Assembly: GCA_002269645.1 (NCBI GenBank)
Contig: NIVC01001897.1
Span: 211,873-275,872, forward strand
DNA length: 64,000 bases
Direction: 5' to 3'
DNA from: Macrostomum lignano
Lineage: Eukaryota
Part shown: one piece after another, positions 32,050-44,446 of the stretch
Layout of the letters: each line of letters opens with the position of its first letter
Numbering within the stretch: position 1 is the stretch's first letter
Position numbers and translations under genes: made by a program
Notes under the pieces: generated by a model
What the model saw: only the letters and a program-made list of their open reading frames with translations
Database searches by the model: none
Told to the model about the DNA's origin: nothing

Positions 32050-32639
32050 TAGAAAGAGAGGATGGGAGAGATAGAGTATCCGACTGAAATAGACACTTCA
32101 GACAGCAAAGACCCTTGTTGGAGAGCGCAGGGACAATTAAAGCAACTCCAAGATGATGAGATAAAATCGGTACCGAAATTTCGAGTTGCAATAAAAGCCA
32201 CCCAGGACGCTGCCAGCAAGGGCGCAAATACAATTTTAAAGCAGTTGGCACTGAGGCAATAAAAAAGACCCGGTTATTCAAACAAGACAGGAAACAAAAG
32301 CCATAAATTCAAGCTCTAAAACTTTCTCTCCTACATGCCTTCTCTACCTAATTGTGTCGTCTTTGTTTTACAATACACAGTCGATTACGCAATCAGGCAG
32401 AAACGATGTTGTATTCAATAAAACCTGGGATAGAATGGCTTGGGTTCAGGCTGGAGGGTAATTGATATCTCGGAAGACAAACACACAGACTAAAGCAGTT
32501 CGGTCTCCGGTGTAGGTAGGCGGCAGGTGTCTTGCCGAAAAGAACTGGTCGAGAAATGAAAGGCCTGGCGGTCTGTGTCGCTTCAGTGAAGCAGGTATTT
32601 AGAGTTTTAGTTTTCTTTGTTTCTTTCTATACCTCTATC

Positions 32640-34105
32640 GGAGGTATAGACTACCTGAAGTACCGGAGGTATAGAATACCTGAAGTACCGGAGGTATAGA
32701 CTACCTGAAGTACCGGAGGTATAGACTACCTGAAGTACCGGAGGCATAGACTATCTGAAGTACCGGAGGTATAGACTGCCTGATGTACCGGAGGTATAGA
32801 CTACCTGATGTACCGGAGGTATAGACTACCTGATGTACCGGAGGCATAGACTACCTGAAGTACCGGAGGTATAGACTACCTGAAGTACCCGGAGGTATAG
32901 ACTACCTGAAGTACCCGGAGGTATAGACTGCCTGAAGTATCGGAGGTATAGACTACCTGAAGTACCCGGAGGTATAGACTACCTGAAGTACCGGAGGTAT
33001 AGACTACCTGAAGTACCGGAGGTATAGACTGCCTGAAGTATCGGAGGTATAGACTGCCTGAAGTATCGGAGGTATAGACTACCTAAAGTACCGGAGGTAT
33101 AGACTACCTGAAGTACCGGAGGTATAGACTACCTGAAGTATCGGAGGTATAGGCTTCCTGAAGTACCGGAGGTATAGACTACCTGAAGTACCCGGAGGTA
33201 TAGACTACCTGAAGTACCGGAGGTATAGACTACCTGAAGTACCGGAGGTATAGACTGCCTGAAGTATCGGAGGTATAGACTACCTGAAGTACCGGAGGTA
33301 TAGACTACCTGAAGTACCCGGAGGTATAGACTACCTGAAGTACCGGAGGTATAGACTACCTGAAGTACCGGAGGTATAGACTACCTGAAGTATCGGAGGT
33401 ATAGGCTACCTGAAGTACCGGAGGTATAGACTTCCTGAAGTACCGGAGGTATAGGCTACCTGAAGTATCGGAGGTATAGACTGCCTGAAGTATCGGAGGT
33501 ATAGACTACCTGAAGTACCGGAGGTATAGACTGCCTGAAGTATCGGAGGTATAGGCTACCTGAAGTACCGGAGGTATAGACTACCTGAAGTACCGGAGGT
33601 ATAGACTACCTGAAGTACCGGAGGTATAGACTACCTGAAGTATCGGAGGTATAGACTACCTGAAGTACCGGAGGTATAGACTACCTGATGTACCGGAGGT
33701 ATAGACTACCTGAAGTATCGGAGGCATAGACTACCTGAAGTACCGGAGGTATAGACTACCTGAAGTACCCGGAGGTATAGACTACCTGAAGTACCGGAGG
33801 TATAGACTACCTGAAGTACCGGAGGTATAGACTGCCTGAAGTATCGGAGGTATAGACTACCTGAAGTATCGGAGGTATAGACTGCCTGAAGTATCGGAGG
33901 TATAGACTACCTGAAGTACCGGAGGTATAGACTGCCTGAAGTATCGGAGGTATAGACTGCCTGAAGTACCGGAGGTATAGACTACCTGAAGTATCGGAGG
34001 TATAGACTGCCTGAAGTATCGGAGGTATAGACTACCTGAAGTATCGGAGGTATAGACTGCCTGAAGTATCGGAGGTATAGACTACCCGAAGTATCGGAGA
34101 GTATA
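32640..34105 (+). repeat. 25-bp minisatellite (ggaggtatagactacctgaagtacc)
   Basis: Period 25-26, about 58 copies. Confidence 0.95.
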
Positions 34106-34198
34106 AGATACATCAAAGCTGGGCGAGTAATATATTAATTGTCAATTCTTCCGTGACAACCGGTTAATATGAAAGGGTTTGAAATCTGACACCCACAC

Positions 34199-34383
34199 AT
34201 ATCGGTGTCAAAGAGGACGCAGGAATCTTCCAGTTGAAGGTCAGTCAGGCGAGCACCGCGGCCAATCAGTCTGTTCCGCTTCAGTTCTCTGACACGGGTG
34301 TCGAGAATGTGAGTGAGCTCAGCTCTGTAGGCATTAGTACTGAGCTGTTGGGACGAATTGAGAATATGCGAGAGAAGGACTGA
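34199..34383 (-). CDS. Probable internal exon of the unidentified minus-strand gene
   Basis: Stop-free, protein-like frame SVLLSHILNSSQQLSTNAYRAELTHILDTRVRELKRNRLIGRGARLTDLQLEDSCVLFDTD bounded by AG and GT and flanked by repeat-filled intron-like DNA. Confidence 0.45.
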
Positions 34384-34417
34384 CTTTTGATTGACTGCGT
34401 GGCTTGAGTCATTAACA

Positions 34418-35555
34418 GACACAACTGAGAGACAGCAGACACAACTGAGAGACTGACAGCAGACACAACTGAGAGACTGACAGCAGACACAACTGAGAGA
34501 CAGCAGACAAAACTGAGAGACAGACAGCAGACACAACTGAGAGAGAGACAGCAGACACAACTGAGAGACAGCAGACAAAACTGAGAGACAGACAGCAGAC
34601 ACAACTGAGATACAGCAGACACAACTGAGAGACAGCAGACACAACTGAGAGACTGACAGCAGACACAACTGAGAGACTGACAGCAGACACAACTGATAGA
34701 CAGACAGCAGACACAACTGAGAGACCGACAGCAGACACAACTGAGAGACTGACAGCAGACACAACTGAGAGACAGACAGCAGACACAACTGAGAGACCGA
34801 CAACAGACACAACTGAGAAACTGACAGCAGACACAACTGAGAGACCGACAGCAGACACAACTGAGAAACTGACAGCAGACACAACTGAGAGACAGACAAC
34901 AGACACAACTGAGAGACTGACAGCAGACACAACTGAGAGACTGACAGCAGACACAACTGAGAGACAGCAGACAAAACTGAGAGACTGACAGCAGACACAA
35001 CTGAGAGACAGACAACAGACACAACTGAGAGACTGACAGCAGACACAACTGAGAGACAGACAGCAGACACAACTGAGAGACAGACAACAGACACAACTGA
35101 GAGACTGACAGCAGACACAACTGAGAAACTGACAGCAGACACAACTGAGAGACAGACAGCAGACACAACTGAGATAGACAACAGACACAACTGAGAGACT
35201 GACAGCAGACACAACTGAGATAGACAACAGACACAACTGAGAGACTGACAGCAGACACAACTGAGAGACAGACAGCAGACACAACTGAGATAGACAACAG
35301 ACACAACTGAGAGACTGACAGCAGACACAACTGAGAGACAGACAGCAGACACAACTGAGACAGACAGCAGACACAACTGAGAGACTGACAGCAGACACAA
35401 CTGAGAGACAGACAGCAGACACAACTGAGATAGACAACAGACACAACTGAGAGACTGACAGCAGACACAACTGAGATACAGACAGCAGACACAACTGAGA
35501 GACAGACAGCAGACACAACTGAGAGACAGACAGCAGACACAACTGAGAGACTGAG
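34418..35555 (+). repeat. 20/24-bp minisatellite (gacagcagacacaactgagagact)
   Basis: Direct reading. Confidence 0.95.
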
Positions 35556-36269
35556 CAAAAATAAGTAGCACAATTTGAAAACTGATGAATAGGCGAAAAA
35601 TTTTCCATTAACCGATTAACTACTAATTTATTAATAAAAAGTGTCACTTGAATTGTTAATTTGAAATTTGGTGAAAAAAATCTGTGAAAAAGCATTAACA
35701 GACAAAAGCAAGTCTGTAGGGATTTGAGAAAGAGATTGGCAGAGCCCACTATCTCTATTAGTAGCTAGTAAATATCTAGATTGGAAGCCTGCTCCAGGCA
35801 GGAGAAATCCCCATACAGGTAGGAATTTGACAATTGACTATTCTCTGAAATTCTGCACCTAGTACCAGTTCCCATCAATTGTGCTCAGCAGTTTCTAAAA
35901 ACCCCCGGCTCCTCTCTTGTAATGCTTCACAGAGTCTGGCGATAGATGTGTTTGATCTTCTGCTGCTGTTGCTGCTTCTAAAAGCCCCAAGCAGCCTTGC
36001 CGGCTTCTTTCTGTAGGCGCCGCAGCTTCTCTCATTCTTTCATTTTTTTCTGCTGCCGACAGACAGCGCCTCTTGGCCATAGTAACCGGGAGTCGGGACT
36101 CTTTTTAGTTGCAAATGCAGTACCCGTAATTTGTTAAAGAGCCGAAAATGACAGGTTGAATGTGTACATCTCAGATGCGCGGCTAATTGTTATCTACATG
36201 TACGTATCTCAGGTAAAAATCGATTTTGAGATAAAATCGATAAGATTGCTTCTATGTATCTTGTCATGT

Positions 36270-37030
36270 GTACTGATAAGACTGAGTCTGGCTCAGCCAA
36301 TCACAGACCGCCATGTGTGTACTACTGCTAAGATTGGGTCTGGCTCAGCCAATCAGAGACCGCCATGTGTGTACTACTGACAAGATTGGGTCTGGATCAG
36401 CCAATCAGAGACCGCCATGTGTGTACTACTGCTAAGATTGGGTCTGGCTCAGCCAATCACAGACCGCCACGTGTGTACTACTGCTAAGATTGGGTCTGGC
36501 TCAGCCAATCAGAGACCGCCAAGTGTGTACTACTGACAAGATTGGGTCTGGCTCAGCCAATCAGAGACCGCCAAGTGTGTACTACTGACAAGATTGGGTC
36601 TGGCTCAGCCAATCACAGACCGCCATGTGTGTACTACTGACAAGATTGGGTCTGGCTCAGCCAATCAGAGGCCGCCACGTGTGTACTACTGCTAAGATTG
36701 GGTCTGGCTCAGCCAATCACAGACCGCCATGTGTGTGCTACTGACAAGATTGGGTCTGGCTCAGCCAATCACAGACCGCCACGTGTGTACTACTGACAAG
36801 ATTGGGTCTGGCTCAGCCAATCAGAGGCCGCCACGTGTGTACTACTGCTAAGATTGGGTCTGGCTCAGCCAATCACAGACCGCCACGTGTGTACTACTGC
36901 TAAGATTGGGTCTGGCTCAGCCAATCACAGACCGCCATGTGTGTACTACTGACAAGATTGGGTCTGGATCAACCAATCACAGGCGGTCACGTGTGTACTA
37001 TTGATAAGATTGAGTCTGGCTCAGCCAATC
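36270..37030 (+). promoter_or_regulatory. 52-bp tandem array (about 14 copies) with two inverted CCAAT boxes per unit; five units are perfect ERSE (CCAAT-N9-CCACG)
   Basis: Period 52 (36361 to 36413). Perfect CCAAT-N9-CCACG at 36453, 36661, 36765, 36817 and 36869. The repeat is certain; the regulatory function is inferred. Confidence 0.55.
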
Positions 37031-37496
37031 GCCTGTGAAAACACGCAAAGGAATCTAAAGCAAAGCGCCCGAAAGCAAGAGATATTTTAGGAACATTGAA
37101 GACAAAGCTTTCATTCAAATCTTCCCATTACACAAGTATTCAGTTTCGAACATAGTTCAGCAACAAAAGCTCCACCCCATTCAACAGCCGACAGGAACAA
37201 ATCCTAATCCTTGAATTGAGGCTCCGAGCGCCGGGCGGTTGCCTTTGAAATCGAGAAGACAATACCTGGCGCAACCCCGACCTAAACAAAGAACACAGAG
37301 ATGCTCAATTGTCATGAGAATACGACGGATGCTTGGAATTTTCCCTCCAGTTGTCTTGACAACAACACGCGTTTGATGGTGAGCGAGTTTCCTATTGCCA
37401 ATCGACAATATGAGATGGGGGATTTCCTGTACCGTTTGGCCAGTCAGAATTGAAGTTCCCGCTTGGAAATTCAGAAACAGTTTGGAGGAAACTTAG

Positions 37497-38560
37497 TCTG
37501 TCTGACACTCACCTGACCCTCTCCTGACACTCACCTGACCCTCTCCTGACACTCACCTGACCCTCTCCTGACACTCTCGGTGACAGTCTGATACCTTTTT
37601 GAAACACTCATCTTGGCGCTTTTCTGACACTCATCTTTGCGCTTTTCTGACACTCATCTTGGCGCTTTTCTGACACTCATCTTGGCGCTTTTCTGACGCT
37701 CATCTTGGCGCTTTTCTGACACTCATCTTGGCGCTTTTCTGACACTCATCTTGGCGCTTTTCTGACAGTCATCTTGGCGCTTTTCTGACGCTCATCTTGG
37801 CGCTTTTCTGACACTCATCTTGGCGCTTTTCTGACACTCATCTTGGCGCTTTTCTGACGCTCATCTTGGCGCTTTTCTGACACTCATCTTGGCGCTTTTC
37901 TGACACTCATCTTGGCGCTTTTCTGACACTCATCTTGGCGCTTTTCTGACGCTCATCTTGGCGCTTTTCTGACACTCATCTTGGCGCTTTTCTGACACTC
38001 ATCTTGGCGCTTTTCTGACACTCATCTTGGCGCTTTTCTGACACTCATCTTGGCGCTTTTCTGACACTCATCTTGGCGCTTTTCTGACACTCATCTTGGC
38101 GCTTTTCTGACACTCATCTTGGCGCTTTTCTGACACTCATCTTGGCGCTTTTCTGACACTCATCTTGGCGCTTTTCTGACACTCATCTTGGCGCTTTTCT
38201 GACACTCATCTTGGCGCTTTTCTGACACTCATCTTGGCGCTTTTCTGACACTCATCTTGGCGCTTTTCTGACACTCATCTTGGCGCTTTTCTGACACTCA
38301 TCTTGGCGCTTTTCTGACACTCATCTTGGCGCTTTTCTGACACTCATCTTGGCGCTTTTCTGACACTCATCTTGGCGCTTTTCTGACACTCATCTTGGCG
38401 CTTTTCTGACACTCATCTTGGCGCTTTTCTGACACTCATCTTGGCGCTTTTCTGACACTCATCCGATACTCATATAACACTCATCTGAACCTCATCTGAC
38501 ATTCATCTGACATTCATCTGACATTCATCTGACACTGACCTGACACTCATCTGACACTTA
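37497..38560 (+). repeat. 23-bp highly homogeneous minisatellite (tctgacactcatcttggcgcttt), about 37 copies, with diverged tctgacactca units on both sides
   Basis: Period 23 (37991 to 38014). Confidence 0.95.
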
Positions 38561-39065
38561 TGTTAGTTAGTGCCGCTAGTCTGACACTCCACTTGACGCT
38601 GAACGTAAAGTGCAGAAGCTCAGGTGAGGTGAGTTTCGTTTCTAAAGTTCCTTTAAAGAAGAAAAAATTCGCTACTTATGCATCAAAACACGCTCCTTTA
38701 AGCAAACATATTTAAATGCTAACCCCAATCTTAAGGAAATATCCCTCGTTTTGAAGAGCCCGAAATTTCGGCTTTCATTTCTAACAATGGGAATAATTAA
38801 TGCAGGATCAATATAACAAAATGATAAGAGACGGACTCTGCGGGAGACTTCTAGGCCAGAAGGTGTGAAACAAAAAAAATCAAGCAAAAGCAATTTCTTC
38901 AGTTCAAACACGAGAAACACGGCGGGGAGCCACTTCAAAGTATTTTTTTGCCTCCGTTCCGCCGGTTGCGAATGGTGATATTGATGGCAAAACTGAAACA
39001 CTCGGGGTTGCTGAGGAATGAGTTGCTGCCACCTGGAAGGGCGGCGGCTGGTGACTGGACACTGG

Positions 39066-39812
39066 GGCGGATGGGGCGGATAATGCTTTTAGTGAGGGCG
39101 GATGGGGGTGGATGATGCTTTTAGTGAGGGCGGACGATGCTTATTAGGGGTGGATGATGCTTATTAGGGGGCGGATGATGCTTTTAGGGGGTGGATGATG
39201 CTTATTAGGGGGCGGATGGGGCGGATGATGCTTTTAGTGAGGGCGGATGGGGGCGGATGATGCTTTTAGGGAGGGCGGATGGGGGCGGATGATGCTTTTA
39301 TTGAGGGCGGATGGGGGCGGATGATGCTTTTATTGAGGGCGGACGGGGGCGGATGATGCTTTTAGTGAGGGCGAACGATGCTTATTAGGGGCGGATGATG
39401 CTTATTAGGGGCGGATGATGCTTATTAGGGGCGGATGATGCTTATTAGGGGGCGGATGATGCTTATTAGGGGCGGATGATGCTTATTAGGGGGCGGATGA
39501 TGCTTATTAGGGGACGGATGATGCTTATTAGGGGGCGGATAATGTTTATTAGGGGGCGGATGATGCTTATTAGGGGGCGGATGATGCTTATTAGGGGCGG
39601 ATGATGCTGATTAGGGGCGGATGATGCTGATTAGGGGCGGATGATGCTTATTAGGGGGCGGATGATGCTTTTAGTGAGGGCGGACGATGCTTATTAGGGG
39701 CGGATGATGTTTATTATGGACGGATGATGCTTATTAGGGGGGGGGACGATGCTTATTAGGGGGCGGATGATGCTTATTAGGGGGGGGGATGATGCTTATT
39801 AGGGGCGGATCA
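39066..39812 (+). repeat. 20-21-bp minisatellite (ggggcggatgatgcttatta)
   Basis: Direct reading; most units carry GGGCGG. Confidence 0.95.
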
Positions 39813-40407
39813 TGTACAATTCAGGGGAGGATACAGGTACAAGGTAGCGCACTACCAGAATTTGCGGTCGAGCTGAAATCGCCAAAAAATCTCGTGACTG
39901 ACTGCTAGGGATCAGTTGAGTTCTCTCGGCCACCGAAATCCCCCGACTCACTATGAGACCAGGGAGCAGAGCCCTCGCCCTGTCCTGTCCCTCTCGGATC
40001 CCCACCTCTCGCCCTCCCGGCTCGTCTCCCATTGGCTCCCGCTCAAATCCCCCGTCTCGCTCGGCTTTTAAAACTCAAAACATTTTGGTTGAGTTTTCTT
40101 GCTTTTATTTAGGAAACTCGACAGAGGCTGGTTTTGTAACTCAAAAATTTCTGCATTCTTTCCGCTTTTGAAAGGAGATTCAGAAGACCGGCTCAGAACT
40201 GGCGGTGAGTTTGAAAAACGAATTAATCGATTTTCATAATAATAAACAGGCTATAAAATTTTATTATTAAACTATAAACTGTCATGTTGGTGGTGCAGCC
40301 TGCAGGCAAGGGTGGATTGAAAAAGACGGTTTTATGAGCCGGTTGCAAAAATTAGGCAGCGCATCCGGTGCTTTTTTGGGTCAGTGGGATTTGCTACCTG
40401 ATTCCTG

Positions 40408-40755
<348 letters not shown>

Positions 40756-40984
40756 CTGCAAGTTGTGAGTCACCTGTGCCGTGCAGCGAGCCACCTGCTA
40801 GCAGCGCATGCAGCTCGTAGAAAAACTCCCAAATGAATGGCCCCAGTTCGGAGACATGAGAGAAGCAATGGTAAATTAATTATTAAAGAATCACCAGCCT
40901 CATTTGGGAAGTATTCGTTTTGACTTTTTTGAGTTTGTCGCAGCTCGTTTGTTGAGTTGTCTTCTGTATAAATGTGAGTAGCCA

Positions 40985-41440
40985 GTCACGAGGCAGCAGA
41001 TTCTGCGGTAGATTTGTTAAGTAACAGATTCTGTGGCGGATTCAATGGTAGATTTAGTAGCGGAGATTCTATGATAGATTTATTAGCAAGTTTGTATGGT
41101 AGATTCGTTAGGTAGCAGATTCTAAGGTAGATTTGTTAGCAGATTCTATGATAGATTTGTTAGCAGGTTCTATGTTAGATTTCATAGCAGATTATATGGT
41201 AGATTTCATAGCAGATTCTATGTTAGATTTCATAGCAGATTCTGTGGTAGATTTCATAGCAGATTCTGTGGTAGATTTCATAGCAGATTCTGTGGTAGAT
41301 TTCATAGCAGATTCTGTGGTAGATTTCATAGCAGATTCTATGGTAGATTTCATAGCAGGTTCTATATTAGATTTCATAGCAGATTCTGTGGTAGATTTCA
41401 TAGCAGATTCTGTGGTAGATTTCATAGCAGGTTCTGTGGT
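40985..41440 (+). repeat. 24-bp minisatellite (gtagatttcatagcagattctgtg)
   Basis: Direct reading. Confidence 0.9.
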
Positions 41441-41889
41441 TCTAGTAAGAATAGGTAGCATAAGCATTATTAAAGCAAGTTTGGCAGCAGATTTTTGCAG
41501 TGCATAGCGGATCACACTGAATTGTGAATAGTGAGAATCTACACTAAGGCTCAATATGTTAAATTTACACGGCAATAAAACAATTAAGAGGAAGCAATAA
41601 TGCGAGTTATGCCTTTTCAATCGCAATTAAATTAGACCTAGATAAGCCACCTTATCTGCGAAGCGTAAAAACCAATTCTGGACCACTACAGAACCCAGTC
41701 CTCTAGGTCTTCAGTGTGCCAGGCTTAATTTCTACTGTCAATTGGATCAACTTTAGCCAGAAATATGAGACATTTATTCTGGTAATTGGCTGTCTCACTA
41801 TCTCAGACGCTCATTAAATACGAATAATCGTGTGAAGTAAAAATTCAACTTTACTAGGTTGGGTCATTTGACCCCGCTGTTTGACCCCA

Positions 41890-42150
41890 CCTGTAGATTA
41901 ATAAGGCTGGTAGATTAGTAGATTGGTAAATACGTAAATTAGTAGATTAGTAGATTAGAAGATTGGTAGAATCATAGACTGGTACTCGTAGATTAGTAGA
42001 TTGATAGCTTGTTAGATTAGTAGATTGGTAGATTGTTATATTGTTAGATTGGTAGATTAGTAGATTAGAACATTGGTAGATTGGTAGATTGGTAGATTGG
42101 TAGATTGGTAGATTAGAACATTGGTAGATTGGTAGATTGCTAGATTTGTG
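41890..42150 (+). repeat. 8-bp repeat (agattggt/agattagt)n
   Basis: Direct reading. Confidence 0.9.
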
Positions 42151-42499
42151 AATTAATAAATTGGCTAGATTGCGTTGCACAGCGCTGCATCGCAATGTCA
42201 ACCACTTTAATAAACAAGGCTGCTCCGCTAACCTCACAGACTCATACTTGAGTACAAATATCCTTGAGCCCTTATCCCAGAGCCCCCTGCTGAGCCGAGA
42301 GTCTGCTCAGGACACAAATTCTAATACTCCGACATTTACCCAACTTTTAACTTTCCACTTGACTGGAGAGACTGGAGAGCGAGACTGCTGAGAGATGGTT
42401 TTGCATGCGCCATGGACAACTCGGGCTAGTAATCCAGAAGGGAGACCAATTGAAAAATCAAACAATCCTAACAAACCAAACATAGACTAACAAACTATT

Positions 42500-43065
42500 A
42501 ATCTATCAAACAAACAATCAATCTATCAATCTATCAATCTATCAATCTATCAATCTATCAATCTATCAATATATCAATCTTTAAATCTATCAATCTATCA
42601 ACCTATCTATCTATCTATCAATCTATCAATCTATCGCTCTATCAATCTATCAATCTATCGCTCTATCAATCTATCAATCTATCAATCTATCAATCTACCA
42701 ACCTATCAACCTATCAATCTATCAATATATCAATCAACCAACCTATCAACCTATCAACCTATCAATCTATCAATCTACCAACCTATCAATCTATCAATCT
42801 ATCAATCTATCAATCTACCAACCTATCAACCTATCAATCTATCAATCTATCAATCTATCGCTCTATCAATCTATCAATCTATCAATCTATCAATCTATCA
42901 ATCTATCAATCTTTAAATCTATCAATCTACATGTATCAATCTATTAAGCTACCAAGCAATATAATCTACCAATCTATCTGATAAAAATCTATGAATATAT
43001 AAAACTACCAATCTACTTATCTATAAATTTATCAATATATCAATATATCAGTCTAACAACATGCA
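42500..43065 (+). repeat. 8-bp repeat (atcaatct/accaatct)n
   Basis: Direct reading; approximately the reverse complement of the 41890-42150 array. Confidence 0.9.
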
Positions 43066-43694
43066 TATCAATCAATGAAAAGACAAAACTTATCAATCAG
43101 GCAGCCTCACTACTCAGTAAAAAGCTACCAGTTTTCAAATCCACAGACCTGCATATAGAATTCTATAGAAATTCACCAAATTCTATCATATTCATCCATC
43201 AGAGCTGCAACCGAAAGCGTGCTAAAGGCAGTCAGCTAAAATCCTGTCGGTTGTTGCCGTGTGCTCAAATTGGCGATAGCTACTAAAATATTGAAGCCCC
43301 ATCTGGAGGCCCGGGGCATGTCGGCAATCAGTCATTGAAATCGGCACAGCTCTCGTTCACTCGAGACAATAATAAACAGGAGTCGGTATACTTAAAAGGC
43401 TTCTCCACGGAATCTAATTGCGGACCCCCCGCAGAGATGTTTGAGAATGCTTTGATGAAGGCGCATCTCGTTACTCAAGCTTATTCATTTCTATAGCTAG
43501 CTGCATTTTCAATTCTTTACCCGATTCGAAACGCAACTCGCAATTCAAATTAAACAATGTCATACGTGCTTGAAACATTTGCAACCTTTGAACTTTGTTT
43601 CTATAGAATTTTTTACAAATAACTAGATTTTGGTTTGTTTGACAACTTACTCATTTTTGTGGGGGTAGATTATTGATGATGAAAATCTGGTTGA

Positions 43695-44185
43695 ATAAAC
43701 CATAACTTCGGCGCTTAAACAACCATAAATTCGGCACTTAAACAACCATAACTTCGGCGCTTAAACAACCATAATTTCTGCGCTTAAACAACCATAAATT
43801 CGGCGCTTAAACAACCATAATTTCTGCGCTTAAACAACCATAATTTCTGCGCTTAAACAACCATAATTTCTGCGCTTAAACAACCATAAATTCGGCGCTT
43901 AAACAACCATAATTTCTGCGCTTAAACAACCATAAATTCGGCGCTTAAACAACCATAATTTCTGCGCTTAAACAACCATAAATTCGGCGCTTAAACAACC
44001 ATAAATTCGGCGCTTAAACAACCATAACTTCGGCGCTTAAACAACCATAATTTCTGCGCTTAAACAACCATAATTTCGGCGCTTAAACAACCATAACTTC
44101 GGCGCTTAAACAACCCTAACTTCATCGCTTAAACAACCATAATTTCGGCGCTTAAACAACCAGAACTTCAGCGTTTAACAACAAT
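43695..44185 (+). repeat. 23-bp minisatellite (ttaaacaaccataatttcggcgc)
   Basis: Direct reading. Confidence 0.95.
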
Positions 44186-44230
44186 AATTTGGCGCCTAAT
44201 AAACTCTATATTTCTATTACAAACACAGAT

Positions 44231-44410
44231 CACAATCTGGTACAAGTCCCAGACTACAATCTGGTACAAGCCTCATACTACAATCTGGTACAAGTCTCAC
44301 ACTACAATCTGGTACAAGCCTCATACTACAATCTGGTACAAGCCTCATACTACAATCTGGTACAAGTCTCACACTACAATCTGGTACAAGTCTCACACTA
44401 CAATCTGGTA
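44231..44410 (+). repeat. 24-bp minisatellite (tacaatctggtacaagcctcatac)
   Basis: Direct reading; ends about 35 bp before the acceptor at 44446. Confidence 0.9.
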
Positions 44411-44446
44411 CACATTCAACTCTGCCCCTTCACCCCAAACCGACAG

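Noticed and set aside
32062-32262. 66-aa plus-strand ORF next to the mariner
   Set aside because: Short, with no recognisable motif or splice support.
34135-35749. 430-478-aa Cys/Ser/Val-rich ORFs
   Set aside because: Translations of the 20/24-bp array; only the 34383-34199 part looks exonic.
23019-36080. Naming the unidentified minus-strand gene (FAM227- or CCDC87-like resemblances)
   Set aside because: Only short, weak motif echoes; a homology search is needed.
36270-38462. CRISPR-like appearance of regular 23-52-bp repeats, here and elsewhere
   Set aside because: Units are head-to-tail with no unique spacers, there are no cas genes, and the context is eukaryotic.
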